Shown piece after piece: positions 22,055-35,674 of a stretch of 64,000 nucleotides of DNA; position 1 is the stretch's first letter; each line of letters starts with the position of its first letter. The stretch covers positions 212,567-276,566 of the forward strand of contig NW_003314325.1 of the NCBI RefSeq assembly GCF_000143415.4. Direction: 5' to 3'. The notes below the pieces were generated by a model that saw nothing but the letters and a program-made list of their open reading frames with translations, was not told the origin of the DNA and searched no databases. A program made the position numbers and the translations under genes. The stretch is from Selaginella moellendorffii. Taxonomy: Eukaryota; Plantae; Lycopodiophyta.

Positions 22055-23632
22055 TCAGGAAGCCGAGGGAGAGGTCAGGAGCTCGAGCGAGCGCCTGAGA
22101 TAGCTGATTGCGGTGGGGACGTCGTCAAACGCTAGAGCGCTCACTGCAAACCTGGATGCCTTGTGTGCCTCGGTTATCTTCTCCGGTGGAGGCTTGTAGT
22201 TCTTCTCCAGCTCCGGCAATGGTGGAGCACTCGAGGTCCTCGGCAGTGGCGGCGGCTCGTACACTGGCTGCTGCTGATACGCCGCTGCTGCTGCCGCTGC
22301 TGGAGCCTGCTGATAAGAAGAAGCCGGATTGATCGTCGGAGCTTGGAATGACCCACCACCAGGTTGAGTGAAGCACGGATACGATGGAGGCGAGTGGTAG
22401 TCTCCGGATCCTGGGTGTTGCTGAGAAAACGGTGCCGATGAACTCGGGTAGAAACCGGATGAGGGATACGTCGCGGAGGGGTAGCCACTGTCCATGGGAT
22501 AGTCGTTTGTCCGAGAAGTTTCCCAGCGGTCAGACTGAGGAAAGTGCTCGGGTGCATTTTGGAAATGCTCCACCGAGTTGCTACTGTAGAAGGAAGTCTC
22601 CGGTGGCGGCGGCGGCGGCGGCGGCGGTGGTGGTGGTGGTGGTGGTGGTGGCGGCGGCGTATGATCGAGTTGAGATGGAGCTGGAGCTGGAGCTGACGAG
22701 GAGTAATAGGCTGCTGTGCTTGTAGCGTGGTCGATACTGGTTTTGGGATTGACTGGTGGTGAAGGAGCCCGAGGTGTCTCTCCAGTGAGTAATTCTTGCT
22801 GCCAAAGCGGAGAAACACAGATTCTTAAGAACATAAAAAAGCACGAGCTAGAAAAGCCTCACCTCGGAGAAAACGTCGTCGAGTGAGAAGCCGGCATCAC
22901 CACCGGGTGGTCCAGGCTCGGGCTTTCGCCCCTCGCTCAAGGCCTTCCGGATATCAGCCGCCTTCCAAACGGCGTACTTTTGCTTTTGCTCGATCTACAA
23001 ATGCCCCTGGAAAACGTTAATGCAATACTCATTGGAGAAGCAAAAAGCAGGGAAAAGCAATTACTTCGGGTTGGAGATCTCCAAACTGCGTCAAGATCTC
23101 GAAGAAAATACTGGATGCGTAGAAAGTTTTCGCAGTGTTTCTAGACAATCGAAAGAAAAAAAAGCTGAGAGACCGCACAAAGAAAATAGATCACACATAC
23201 AAGTCTGCTCGTCCAGCCCGGTCTTGCTTGTCCGCCTTGGAGAAAACACCCAAGGCAAATCCTTCCACATGTAAGTTGTCGTCCGGGCTGAGCTTCACGG
23301 TTTTCTTATCCTAAACAAAGGAATAGAGCTCAGCACTAAAGGAACTTCCTTCGTTCTTACCTTCTCGAGCTGATTCATCAGCGACAAAAGCAGCGCGTTC
23401 ATGGTCTTAGACCGCTCCTTCGCTGGAACTTTGAGGCCTCTCTCCATAGCATACAACCGACCTAGCCAAGCGTTTTTAGCGAGAAATCCCTGCTAGATTT
23501 CAATCGACACTCACAGTAATACGCCACCAGCGGATCGTGCTTCTGGAGCTCGTCGGCGCGCTGCAAGTAGGGCAGCATGATCGTCTTGGCCAGCTCCACG
23601 ACCCCGCCTGCGCCATCGTCTCCCGCTCCCAT
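22055..23632 (-). CDS. LIP5: Vta1/LIP5 (Vps4 activator, ESCRT), multi-exon
   Basis: It begins MGAGDD...LPYLQRADELQKHDPLVAYYC (MIT domain), continues through KQKYAVWKAADIRKAL and a Pro-rich linker, and ends with the VSL motif EAHKASRFAVSALAFDDVPTAISYLRRSLELL. Introns are GT-AG. Confidence 0.93.
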
Positions 23633-23699
23633 TGTGGGAAGAACCCTAATCCCGGTGATTGCGTGGCACCATAGAAACTTTGTCACGTTGCTACCTCTT

Positions 23700-25433
23700 C
23701 TAACATCTTTAGCGCGCCTCCAATGGACGGCCTTTGGAGCTGCTCGTGGCAAGCGCACAGCAATCACCATCTCTTTCGCTCGCTGCTCGCTCAGATCCTC
23801 CTCTATCAATGTTATCGAGCAGCAGGTCACTCCGCTCAAACGCTTTTGTTCCCAGCAAGAACTCATGATCAGTCCATCTTCTCCTGGACTGGTGATCACT
23901 GCGCTTGATGGGAGAGCCACCACCTTTCTTCCACTCACAAGCTCCAGCAAAACGATCCAAAGCCGCCTACCCCTGAGTGGAGCCACTCAGGAGCCATGTA
24001 TCCGGGAGTCCCTCGCATGACCGTGCTGACAGAGTTCTTCTCGTGATCAACTCTCTCGACCGAGTCCAAAGTCACAAATCTTGGCTCCAAAGCTTGCATC
24101 CAGGAGGATATTTTGCGGCTTGATATCGAGGTGGAGGACCTGATCCTTGCAACCTCCGTGAAGATAATCCAGGCCTCGGGCAATATCCGCGGCGATCCTC
24201 CATCTCCTCTCCCATCTCAGTGCCTGCTGCTTCATCGATCTTAGTAAAGAGCCAGATATTCCACAAACTCGGTAGTAGTGCTGGCCGTGAGCTCCATAGC
24301 CTTGCAACTTAACCAGGTTCTGGTGACGGACGCTTCCAATGGTTCTTCCGCCATGAACTGCTTGAGCCCTTGCCTTGCAGCCTCCAATCTCTTGACCACC
24401 ACCTTGGAGAGCTCCCGCGAAAACAGTGCTAAATCCTCGTCAAGTTTTCTCTCGATGTTGCTAGCGATCTCGCACAGCTCCTTTAACTTGAAGTACCGTG
24501 GAGAGTTCTCAAACTCTGGTTGGATGATACAGCTATTCCCCATTGTCTCAGATTGCCCGGCGCGTAAACGTTTGGCCTTGTAAAACTTCCATACCGCCAG
24601 CACCATGACAGCGGCAGCTACTAGAAGAATGGCAGCAACGACATAAGCCGCTGGCCATGGTTTTCTTAAAATTTTTCGCTTACTCGACGATCTTCCACTC
24701 TCTTCTCTTTTGTTGCTTGGAACTTCAGGTATCCTTGAGATCTCGGCCATGCTCATCTTTAAGAATGGGGTGGAGTACAAGGAGTCAAACATACTGGACA
24801 GCGTTGAAGAGTTCCACATCGTTAAAACCTGGGAGCACTCGTCAATTCGGTAAAGTATGCAGCTAGAGTTTTGCAAGCACGAGTTCTTGCTTGAAACCTC
24901 CGGAAAGTAGTCATACCCCACAGTGATCATCCAGGGAAACTCGACGAGCTCGTTATCATTGTTGCGGAGCTGATGATCGAGTGGTGGGCGATTGAGCTTG
25001 CAGCCAAGCCTGGGATCCTCGGCATCGAGATAAGAGGAAATAGCTTGCCGGACAAACACTCCAGTACCACCGTACTCTCCACAAGACGAGTTGAAAAGCT
25101 TTCAAGGGTTCCAAGCATTGACAAGGAGTTCAAGTGATCTGCAATGGTGAGCGAGGTAGCTGACAGGGTAGTTCACAATCTCCGCATGGGTCTTAACCAC
25201 CTGAACAGAAGCAATAATTAGCATGGGGCAAAAAACGGAAATACTCCAATTCTGGGCATCAGATATAGGCAACTACTGCACGAATACAAAGAAGTCCAGG
25301 ATGGGGGTGATGCAGATGAATTAATCACAGTCATCAGTGATGGCAAACCATTCTGGGATTCCAACACCAAGGTTTCTCCTTGTCCATCTGATGTTCTCAA
25401 GAGCAGGAGCAAGGGCAAGGCAAAGTCTGCCAT
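23700..25433 (-). pseudogene. Divergent G-type lectin receptor-like kinase 5, degenerate
   Basis: Fragments in shifting frames: DPRLGCKLNRPP, a TM helix, KRLEAARQGLKQFMAE, IARGLDYLHGGCKDQVLHLDIKPQN and MRGTPGYMAPEW. The 5' end (signal-peptide-like MADFALPLLLLL at 25433) is tentative. Confidence 0.85.
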
Positions 25434-25959
25434 TCACTTTCTTGAAAAAACCCAGGTGTACTATCTAACCATCCCACAGTCATGTCTTTTGCTAGCTTTG
25501 TCTGCATCTTGCATTTGAAAGAGGAATCTTCATTATTTCACATTGGACTGGAGTTCCTTTATTTTTGGCTTGTCTTTTAGGAATTTCCACTATTATCCAA
25601 ACTTGCCAAGTGCCACCCGGATCCAGTATCAGGTGTGGCTTTTCCATATCTATTTATGGCTTTTCCACTTTTGTTTGTGGCTTTCCAACTTTGTGGAACT
25701 TTGTGGTTTGGAAGAAACAGTAAAGTTTAATAACAAACAATTGGCATCAGGACATTTGAAAGCTTAAAACCAGGTTCAAGCATTTTAGAAAGTTCAATAT
25801 GTATTATATATATCATGTGAAGATGACTCCCATGCACTAGGGTCTTCACTTGTTTTGCATCAAGCGGATGGCATTGCAAAGTTTGCCTTGTGCTTGTATG
25901 CTCGTCATGTTTTGAGATTGGTTTTTCAAAGACAATTACTAACATTTGGGATATGATAG

Positions 25960-26665
25960 ACACGGCTCTTTCCCAATGCTGGCACATAACACTTCATGAT
26001 ATTGGCAGCCAGAATATCTCCTCAAAGTGAGGAAGGCCACCTCTAAAATTAGGTTGGTGGCCCAGGGACAATGTGTATAGAGAATGACAATTATAATGAA
26101 AAACTAATCTTGTCTACTAGTGAATTCCTATGGGGACAGAATGTCTATGCTAGCTTTTGGAATTATATGTATAATATGAAAAAAAGTGTTGAGAGCAACA
26201 CTTGGTTTGCTTTTGTTTTCAAATATTTTTATTAATATATAACTTTTGAGATTGCACAGCCAGGATTGTGACCTTGATGGCAAAGTATGTCAAGTTGTGG
26301 TGGAGTTCTTTTTTGGTTTTTGATATTCATGTCTGAAAATGTTTCATGGAAGTATTCACTCTTCCTCTTTTACTCCACAGATTTTATAGGAAAACTTTGT
26401 CCTATAACAAAAGAACACATTCAAACTTTATAAGGGAGCAATGCTCTAATAGGAACATCTAGTACATGTGTGATGAGCTTTATTCCTTTCTTTTCCTTTG
26501 TGTGATAGGTGAGTATTTTATGGCTTGTAGGAAGGAAATAATGTCAGCATCTAGCCATCTACCTTGATGTTCCATATTCTGCAACTTTGCCCTATGGACT
26601 GATTGCAATTTATCTGATTGCCAGTTTGAGCAAAAGCTTTGTATGCACAAAGCTACTACTGCCAA
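25960..26665 (-). pseudogene. Possible Ulp1-like (C48 peptidase) transposon-borne fragment
   Basis: GRWLDADIISF followed later by EEIFWLPI...QHW loosely matches the Ulp1 WLxDxII/IPI..HW motifs. It is highly degenerate and sits in AT-rich DNA. Confidence 0.25.
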
Positions 26666-28173
26666 AGAGTAGTCAGGATTTAATGTTGAGATGTATAAAT
26701 ACTCGAGCTTTTATGTCACTTCACAAACTTATAGAGGCTGTAGAGGCAGACATAAATGTTTGGAAGGAGATGGATTTTTGGGTTTACAATTCAAAAAAAG
26801 AGACTGGTTTTATCTAAGAATTAAGGTGCAATCTGCTACATGAACTTGCTGCTTCAAACATACTACAATTGTAAGGTAGTCTTTGTCTCTTATCATTAAA
26901 CAAACAAGACACACTATTCATTCAACGAAAAGCATAATTGTTAATTTACAATTCTAAGTATTGGGTAGTTTATTTGTGGAATTGAGGCATACCATGCTAC
27001 CCATCCCAAACGCAATTAAGATCTTGAAACCAAAGGATGGGTTTGATGGTGTTGTTAAGAATTCCATCTTAAGAGATATTGGTTATGCTCTAGTGTTCAA
27101 GTTCATCTCTAGAACAGCTCAGCCACATGAAGAGGAGGTAGTGGCACTGGACAAGCATCTTAGATGCGATGCTTGTGAGACATCCCTCTAATCTGGATAA
27201 AATGTTGTTCCTGGTGTTGGTCTATTAGATGCTGAGGAGTGTTCATATTGCAATATTGCAATTTATATTTAGTTAATATAATTAATCAATAATTATGAAC
27301 ATGTTCCTATTTAGAAAGTTTATAATTATAAATACAAGATTAATCTAAATGAATTAAAAAATAAAATATTCTAGAATATCTAAATATATTCTAGGTATAT
27401 TCACTACCACTTAAAAGAGGAAAAGCTACCTTTCATAGTTAGGGTGTCATTTTTTTTTTGTAGGTTATCAAGGTTGTTAGAATCCCAGTGATTATTGTCT
27501 TTGTGTATATATCTAAGAAAGTATTTGTGAATATTCAAACCTTTATTAGCTAAACTATTGTATAGTTCAAACATATCATCTTGGTTCTCTTCTCCTTTGC
27601 ATACTGTTCAAAGTAAATATACTAAAAGTCAGCAATTGCCACAGGATTAGTGGATTTACTTGATAGTCATATGAAATTTTTCATAGCATCTTGTGTTTCT
27701 AAATAGTGATTGATTCCTAAATAGTTGGATTCTTAAATAATTGGATTCCTAAATAGGTGATTCCTAAATGACTATAAAAAATGGTGATTGATTCATAAAT
27801 TGTAGCAAATATGGTTTTTCACCCTTTATCCTATGGTGATTTACCATAAGATAACCACGAAGTAGAATCTAAACCCTCTAAGTGCCATGTGTCCAAAGGA
27901 TAGTGGAGCAGAACCTGAGTTTCAGGGCCTTGGGCCATTAAATGAATGAATGGAGCCAAACTCCTAAACATGGACTTAAAGAACAATAAAACTAAAGCAT
28001 GGAATAACTCTTAAGTGTTAAACCCAAGGAGTGAAAGAATAAGAGCATGGAACCACTTGGAACAATTCTAGAACATTTATCATTCCAATGCTAAGATTAA
28101 TATGGAAAACAAAGCCAAACAGAGTTTAGCACTATTTCATACTAATAGCCTAACATGAGGATATGAGTATTCC

Positions 28174-28515
28174 ACTAACTAACATAATTTAGAACTTAGG
28201 CTTAAACCTAAGTTGGATATAGAACAAAGATAGGCATAAGTAAAAGCTAGACTATACCTCAAGTTGGTTAGCCATACCTGACCTACCCATTATTCCTACT
28301 ATACATTTGGAACCCCCTACAACCCCTTTAACATATTGATGGCTTAATGCAAGGATATAAGTACTCCACCAACTAGCATAGTATGGAATTAAGGCTTAAA
28401 CCCAAGTCAAATGTAAAACAAAGATAAGCATGTAAATGAAAGCTAAACTATACCTCAAGTTAATCAACTTACCCACTATCCCTACTATACATTTGGAACC
28501 ACCCACAACCCCTTT
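28174..28515 (+). repeat. Imperfect direct repeat (~150 bp x2)
   Basis: 28174-28328 and ~28367-28515 share GGCTTAAACC...AACAAAGATA...CTATACCTCAAGTT...CCTACTATACATTTGGAACC...ACAACCCCTT. Confidence 0.7.
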
Positions 28516-31000
28516 CCCACCCGCTCGAGGAATGCACACTTTGGGCTTTCACCCTTAGCTTCTCTTAGTACCAAGAGTTAGTTTTTGGGACTAACTCAAA
28601 ACTTACTAAATATAGAATGTTGCTAGATTGTGAATTTGGACACGGGACAAACACCATTGTGTTTAGGATAATCTCTACATTCCATAAATATAAATTAGCA
28701 AATCTAAGTACTTTTTATAAATAGCAATTGGAAGTTCTCAACACTAGCAAGTGTAAGTCAACGAATGAATTTCTTTAACCAAGTCATGTATGCTTGACTA
28801 ATAGCATTTAGGAATTCCGTCCTTATGCTCATCTGGTCAAGTGTACATATGAAGATTAATTTCTCAACTAGCTTGAGTGGAAACTAAAAAAGGGTTCAAC
28901 AATACTGACCTCTTGCCATCATGGCAGTAAAGAAAGAATATCTAAAAAAACTAGATGATAGGTAATTTTTGATACCCAAAGTCACATTTGCGACATAAAT
29001 AATTCTTAAATAGCATAGTGTTTAGTAATAGTTATTTAATTACTAAAAACAATAATTCTTGTTGTGGCCTTTTCAATGATTCCGTCACTCTTTTAGCTTC
29101 TCAATCATGTTGGAGTTAGCCTCTAATTCTTTCCCACACTCTCATAACTCTAAAATATATTTAGAAACACTATTAATCCATATTGAGATCCTTTGACCCA
29201 ACTCACCCAAGAAGGTGATGAGATATTTTTTTCCATTAAGAAAATTTTATGGCTACTATAATTTATTAGAGATCATTCCTAACACTTTTGCTATACTTTG
29301 TTTCATTATTTTATGAGCAACTCAAAAATTCTCTTTTTAGAACACTAGAAAGATGGTTGAGCTTGAAATCCTCTCTAGACACTCTAGAACTTTTTTCAAC
29401 ACATTTATATTGTTACTACAACTGTGTATTCATAGTACTTCACAAGTTATAAGGAGATTTTCTTGAAAATCACCCTCTCCTCTCTAAAAGAAAAAACACA
29501 CTAATTCACAAGACATGATTGTCCAAGTGGTGAGGCTCAGTTTTCTTTCCATTGCTCCATCCTCACCCTTTTATTGTTCAAGTCCAAGATTCCAATAATG
29601 TTTATGATGCCTTCCCTCTACTAGAATTTTGGATTATTATCCTAAACTTCTGCCACCTCCTTGCTTTGTTGATGATCTTTTTGAACCATCCAACACCTTC
29701 ATAATTTCCTTGTTCTTGATTCTTCTACTAAATTCCCAAAGATTCCTTAAATCTCAACTAAGCTGCTACGTGGATTAAACCACACTTTAACTATTTCCAC
29801 CCTATTTCAAACCCATGCCATATTCATTTCTTATGGGATGACTATTTAAACTATGGGAACACAATGCCATTTTATATATATTGCAAGGATTTTCATGAAT
29901 ATTTTGATGCATACTAGATAAGTATACCAGATAAGACAAAATGGTTGCTATTGCACACATTAGCTCCTAGCGTTTGACACATCAGTAGAAGATTACCAAT
30001 ATCACTACAAATCAACACTATAGCTTGAAATACATTTAGATTAATTAACCTTCCAAAGCTCTCTCTATTCGTCCAGAATTTGCAGAGCTCTTGTTTCAAA
30101 TTTCCCCAATGATTCTTTTAGTCTTTGAAGATTTGTCATATTAACTTGAATGTGCCATGGATGTAGATTGAGGATTATATTTCAGTATATTTTATGATAA
30201 CATGTATTTAAATTAGTATTATATTTATATATTATAAACATATTTATCTTCTAAGTATATTCTAGTATATGATAATATGTATATCAAGTAAACTTGGGCT
30301 TATTCCCATTTCCAAATTTTTTTAAGCCTTGAGCAATGAAGAATGTGAGAATCTCCTCACTAAACTCTTGCATTTACACTTTTCTTCTTTGAAAACTTTG
30401 CATAAACATTTCATTATGTCAAATAAATGCCCTAGTGGTCAATACTGTGCATTCAAATTGATAAATCAATCGAGCAAGGCAATATAATTTATAACATGGT
30501 ATCAACCAAAACTAAATAGACTGTATGATAGATACATGTTTATAGTTATGCACAGGACCATTAAATTAAAATGTAATGTTATCAGTTCTAAAATGAAGAT
30601 TTAGTGGAGTTCAGAAGAAAAGTATGTATGTAGTCACATTTTGCTATGGTATTGTCTTGGTGGTACTAGAAAGATCCTTTGTCCTAGCTACGTCGCAAAA
30701 AAACATACGATCTTGTATTTGAATAGTGCCCCAGACAAAATCATGTGATAGCATACGAATATGCACTTGGTAGATTCTCTGGGAATATACCCCTCTCTCT
30801 TGGTTGGCCAAATTCTCTCTTTTGAGGCGCCGCGCCAGGGCGGTGGTGAGCGCCCTGCATGCGCGCGCCTTCCTCGATTTCTGGTGTCGCCGCTTGATCC
30901 ATCCCAGCTCCCCTTCCCCAATTGCTCGCTCCCTTCATCGATCCTACAATCCGATCGCGCCCCTATCTGATCGATCGATCCCAAAATCCTTTGGATCGTC

Positions 31001-33132
31001 ATGCTGGCGCCGGGGGAAATGTTGCTCATAGCTCGCGAGTGCCCCGCCAGCGGCTGCTCGCAGTGGATTTTTAGGTATCTCAAGGATTGCGTGTGCGATG
31101 TGAAAGATGGAGTCTCCTTCTCGCTGGGGCTCATCAGCGTTTTGAGCTGGGGCATTGCCGAGGTGCCCCAGATCATCACGAATTACAAGGAGAAATCCAC
31201 CGAGGGTGTCTCGCTTCTCTTTCTCATGACTTGGGTCGTTGGGTAAGCCATTCCTTTCGTTCTCTCCTCTCTTTTTCTCTTTGGTTCCCAGTGTGGAGAT
31301 GGTGGAGAGATTCTATCTTTGTTTTCTTGCTGCCGGTTCTCTCATTTAATGCATCGCTTGCTTTCTCCTCGATCGTGTGTGCTTGGATTGGATCAAACGC
31401 ATTAACTCTCCCATCTTATACTCGTGAAGGGATTTTTTCAATATCGCGGGGTGTCTACTCGAGCCAGCAACTGTAAGTCAGGGATCATCTCCATCGGATT
31501 TTTTTTTTTTTCCCGGTTTTGCTACTGACGATCGTTTGTTTTCTTCCCTGAATTGGACATCCAATACGCAGCTCCCAACGCAATTCTACATGGCACTGGT
31601 AACAGCGTTCCATTTTTAACTAATCACCGCTTTGTTTCTCGGCGCTGGCAGCTTTACACCTTGACAACGCTCGTCCTCGTCGCTCAAACAATCTATTACG
31701 GACAGATCGCGAAACGCCACAGGCCTGACTCACCCTCCATCGAAGAGCCCTTGATCCCTCCAGAGGTAAAGATCTAGCATCTTATATGTTTTTCAATTAG
31801 AACAGGACTATAGTTTTTCTGTCTCGATCACTGCTAATCGAAATAAAATAAACTCTAGAAACAGGCAAGGCGAGCGCAAGAGACACCGGTGACCCCCGTG
31901 ACGAGCCAGCCGATATCTTCCATAAGCGTTCCAAGCCCGAGTCCTCGACAGTTCTACTACACGTCAGTGCTCTAGTCCCGATCGTTTGTTTGTTTGTTTG
32001 TTTGTTTCATGGCTAAGGACTAAGTTTTTAAACGTGTGATCCTTGCACAGATCTGCGAGATCCTTGACGCGAAGCCACACACCCACAGCTGGTTCTTATC
32101 TATCCACCTCAGGTGTTAAGAGAGGGGACTACTTATCTTCTCATCCATCTCTGTCCAATCTCCAAGCTGTCGAGGCCCAGATTGTTGCCGCGTCGCATCT
32201 GGGAAAATCAGAGCCCAGGATGATCAGATCAGTAAGCTCCAGAGACTCCTTCCTTTCTTTGGTTTGTTTTGTTCGTTCTCTAACTTTTCCGTATCTTTTT
32301 CTTTTTCGGTGGAAAGGTGGCTGCTAGTTTGATGATGTTTGGTGGCTATGCATTACACTCTCGTTGGGAGTCGCAAGCTAGGTCCTCGTCTGGTGGTCAT
32401 GTCGTCTTCAGCAGCGCGAGACGCCTCCTGCAGGTACGAGAGATAAGATTCACCCCTGAAGTTTCTCTCGGGGTGAAAAACTCGATTTACCAGTGAAGTT
32501 TCTGGTGATGGAATGAGATTTTTTCTTGCAGGACTCTGGAAGTCACAGTAGAGCTGGAGAGATGCTCGGGTGGGGAATGGCCGCGATTTACATGGGTGGA
32601 AGGGTACCTCAAATCTGGCTCAATGTGTGATCTCTCTCTCTTCTTTTTCTTTCTTTTTGGTCTGACATGAAGTTGATTTTTTCTTGTCTTCCTAGATTAC
32701 GAGAGGAACAGTGGAGGTAATCTTCTATCATTTTCTAAGTTTTGTTTCTCTAAAGTTGCGACTTTTCCAGGGTCTCAATCCGATGATGTTCTTCTGCGCG
32801 CTAATGGGAAATGCTACATACGTTGGAAGGTGAATGAGCTTTAGTTCGTTGGGATTCATTGTTTTTTTTTTTTTTTGTGCTGTGGTTGCAGCATCCTCGT
32901 CCGGAGCACGGATTGGACCAAGTTGAAGCCCAACATGCCATGGCTGGTGGACGCTGCTGTTTGCGTTATTCTGGATTTTTTCGTATGGTTTTTCTTCTGT
33001 TTTCGATGTTCTTCCTTGACGGTGTTTTTGCAGATTCTTGCGCAATTTTGCTACTACCACCGCTTCGTGACAAAGTGTAACAGCCAGAACAGTGGCTCCG
33101 AGGAAGGGCTTGTAGAGAAACAGAATGTTTGA
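31001..33132 (+). CDS. PQ-loop (YPQ/PQL-type) vacuolar/lysosomal amino-acid transporter, multi-exon
   Basis: First PQ loop: SWGIAEVPQIITNYKEKSTEGVSLLFLMTWVVG. Second: GWGMAAIYMGGRVPQIWLN...GLNPMMFFCALMGNATYVG, followed by WTKLKPNMPWLVDA. It has many short GT-AG introns. Confidence 0.92.
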
Positions 33133-33375
33133 TAGAGCGAGAGCTTCGTTTTAGGAAGATCAATTGGAGATTCTCAATGTTAAAGGTTGAATATTTTCAA
33201 CGATTTGCTAAAGGTTGTATGTTTCATTGTCTCGTGATGCTCGCTTTGCACGATGTTCCCAAGAAAATCTTTCCAAACAAAACGACGGCATTGCTTTAGT
33301 GTGCGTTGACCCATTCTTCCGGAATCCAGATCGATCGATCGATAGTTGTTGATCGATATCAAACGAAAATTTTCC

Positions 33376-34849
33376 ATGGAGGAGCTCCGGGAGCTGCGCC
33401 GATCTGGCAAGGACGTGAAGCTGGGAGATGCCGAGGTATGGGAGGACGATCCATCACAGCTCGCCATAGCCAAGCAAATCCTAGAAGATCAATCATACAT
33501 TCAAGATGATCCATCCCTCTTCATCCGGCCCAAGATCATCGAAATTGTGCCATTTTCCAAGAGGTCCTCCAATTCTTCTACTGGATCCTCCTCCTCTCCA
33601 CGCTTTTCCAATCCAAGAGATCCTCGAGGACGAATTCGTCTTCCATTTTTTCCTCCGCAACTGGATCATCCTCCTCCTCTGCTTTTCAAGATCCGTGATC
33701 AAGAAGAATTTGTCCGTGATCAAGAAGAATTTGTCCTCCAGTTCTTCCTCCGCCAGTACTGGATCCTCCTCCTCGGCTTCCAAGACATCCACGACCAGGA
33801 AGAATTCGTCCTCCATTTCTTCCTCCGCCACTAAAATCCTCCTCCTCGGCTTCCAAGACGTCCGCAAGGATGAATTCGTCCTCCATTCCTTCCTCCGCCG
33901 CTACTGGATCCTCCTCCTCTCTCCTCTTCCCTGCTACCATCCCCCAGATCGACTACGCGGCGCCGGCAGCACGATCCTCCTCGCACAATCGAGATTATCC
34001 CCTCTTCGGCGGCTATACGCGGCGGTCGTGCCATTGCATCCAGCTCGACACCAAGAACCTAGCTTCCCCGACCAGATCCCGGCAGCGATCCAGCACAATG
34101 CCCGCGAGTAGCGCGTGGCGATCGCGCTTGCCATCGAGCCAAGCGTCCGGATCACCCCCGCCAACGTGGACGTGGAGCTCCGGATCAAGACCCTATCCGT
34201 GGGCGTGTTCTCGGAGGACTTGCTCAAGAACGAGGCAGCGCTGGGCTTCTACCCTTACCGGATTAGATTCTCGATCGAGCCCCAGCTGCGCGATCGCAGC
34301 GCCGTCGCGATCCCGCTCTACACGCCCAGGATCGGAGCTAGCGACAGCGGCGGGACAAGTTGGCGCGCGGCCCGTGTCGATCAGTGGGATGGAATGCCAA
34401 GAATCGACAGAGAGGGGGATGATCAGTGCCGGCGTGGAGGAGTCCGGGAACACGGCAGTGTTTGAGTGGAGGCTTTTGCGATGGAGCCACAATGCCGCGA
34501 CATATAACGCGCACAAGCCACACCCTGGATTGAGCTTGCCTACCAAGTCTCTCAAGGTTCGTCGTCCTCCATAGCCAACCATATCCTTGAAGAACGATTG
34601 ATCTCTCTTTTTCTTCCAGGCACCATTTCCACAGGAATCAAAGTGGAAAGCTTCCCCGACGTCATGTGGGATCTCCACCCGAGATCAAAGTTTCCGCTCC
34701 AATTCAAGTTCCAGTTGGAGGTGGGGATGCATCTGCTGTGGTTTGTGGGCACGAACCGGTTGTTCCGAGTGGCCGAGTGGAGCAGCCAGGGATTCGAGTT
34801 TCGTCACGAGCTTCTAGTTAGCGATGGTGTGATCTCCACCGTCACCTGA
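33376..34849 (+). pseudogene. Unnamed family, type A copy A1 (putative beta-pore-forming-like)
   Basis: It starts MEELRELRRSGKDVKLGDAEVWEDDPSQLAIAKQILE, then has a Ser-rich linker and the core IALAIEPSVRITPANVDVELRIKTLSVGV...ALGFYPYRIRFSIEP...GNTAVFEWRLLRWSHN. The intron is at 34557-34619. There are several frameshifts and a TAG at ~34108. Confidence 0.75.
33630..33920 (+). repeat. ~69-bp imperfect tandem repeat in the Ser-rich linker of A1
   Basis: The unit GAATTCGTCCTCCATTTCTTCCTCCGC...TGGATCCTCCTCCTCGGCTTCCAAGAC recurs about 4 times, with an additional 21-bp duplication. Confidence 0.75.
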
Positions 34850-35099
34850 AAGTATATTCCGTTGGAGATGGTTTCACTTCGTGTTCATTGAATCCCCAAG
34901 CCATTTCCAATGCACTGTTGATCGTCTTGCTCGAGCTGGGCAGCTTAATGTAAAGGGCTGATTGCGAGCATGCCATATGTTCCAGAGCTCAAGAACTCGG
35001 AGACTCTCCCTCGGCATGCAATATCCATATGGTGACACGCAGCAGCGGCTGGCAGCACGTTCGAGTAGATGAGCAAAACCGGTTGCCGTACGTTCTCTT

Positions 35100-35385
35100 G
35101 TCAAATGCCTTGAAAAGAGTATGAGATGTTTGGATTTAGATAGATGGCTTCAGTCAGTGATCGATGTCGAGGTGAAAATGCTGATCCAAAGTCTGGATAC
35201 ATTGGAACGAATTTTCTCCACCCTTGAGAAGCTTTACTTCTGGTATTAGAACCAGACGAAAAGGATGTCTCGTTAGGCAATTCATCTTCAAAGAATCATT
35301 GCCTGCTTGAGATTCCCGACCTCGGCATACGCCACAACCATGGCTGCGATAGCGAGAACATTAACAGCTCCATCGCCGCTATTTG
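35100..35385 (-). pseudogene. PPR fragment (paralog of ~48900-49140)
   Basis: It reads VAYAEVGNLKQAMIL...PNETSF, and the DNA is shared with 48900-49140. Confidence 0.45.
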
Positions 35386-35674
35386 GTCGAAGAAGCATTG
35401 ACCTAATTCAAATAACCATTTGAAAACTCGGCAAGCCTCCCACAGCCATACGTCCTGGATCTATCTCAGCAGCAGAGATTGCTGTTGCTTCCCCAGTCAC
35501 TGATTGCAAAAACAAGGGGCGGGAAAATCCTAAGCAATCCAGGAACTCTACATTTTTGTCCTCTCATGCAGTACCGTGTCTGTCTTGCGTAGCCCAAAGA
35601 CTCGATACAGCAGCTTGCATTTTATATCGCAAGCGAGAAGGAGCGCGAGGATACCCAAGACGCGGCCTCAATCC

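Noticed and set aside
22174-22818. Poly-His/poly-Arg 214-aa ORF
   Set aside because: It is an alternative frame of the LIP5 poly-Pro exon.
27200-30600. Possible LTR retrotransposon in AT-rich DNA
   Set aside because: I found no paired LTRs, primer-binding site or gag/pol motifs.
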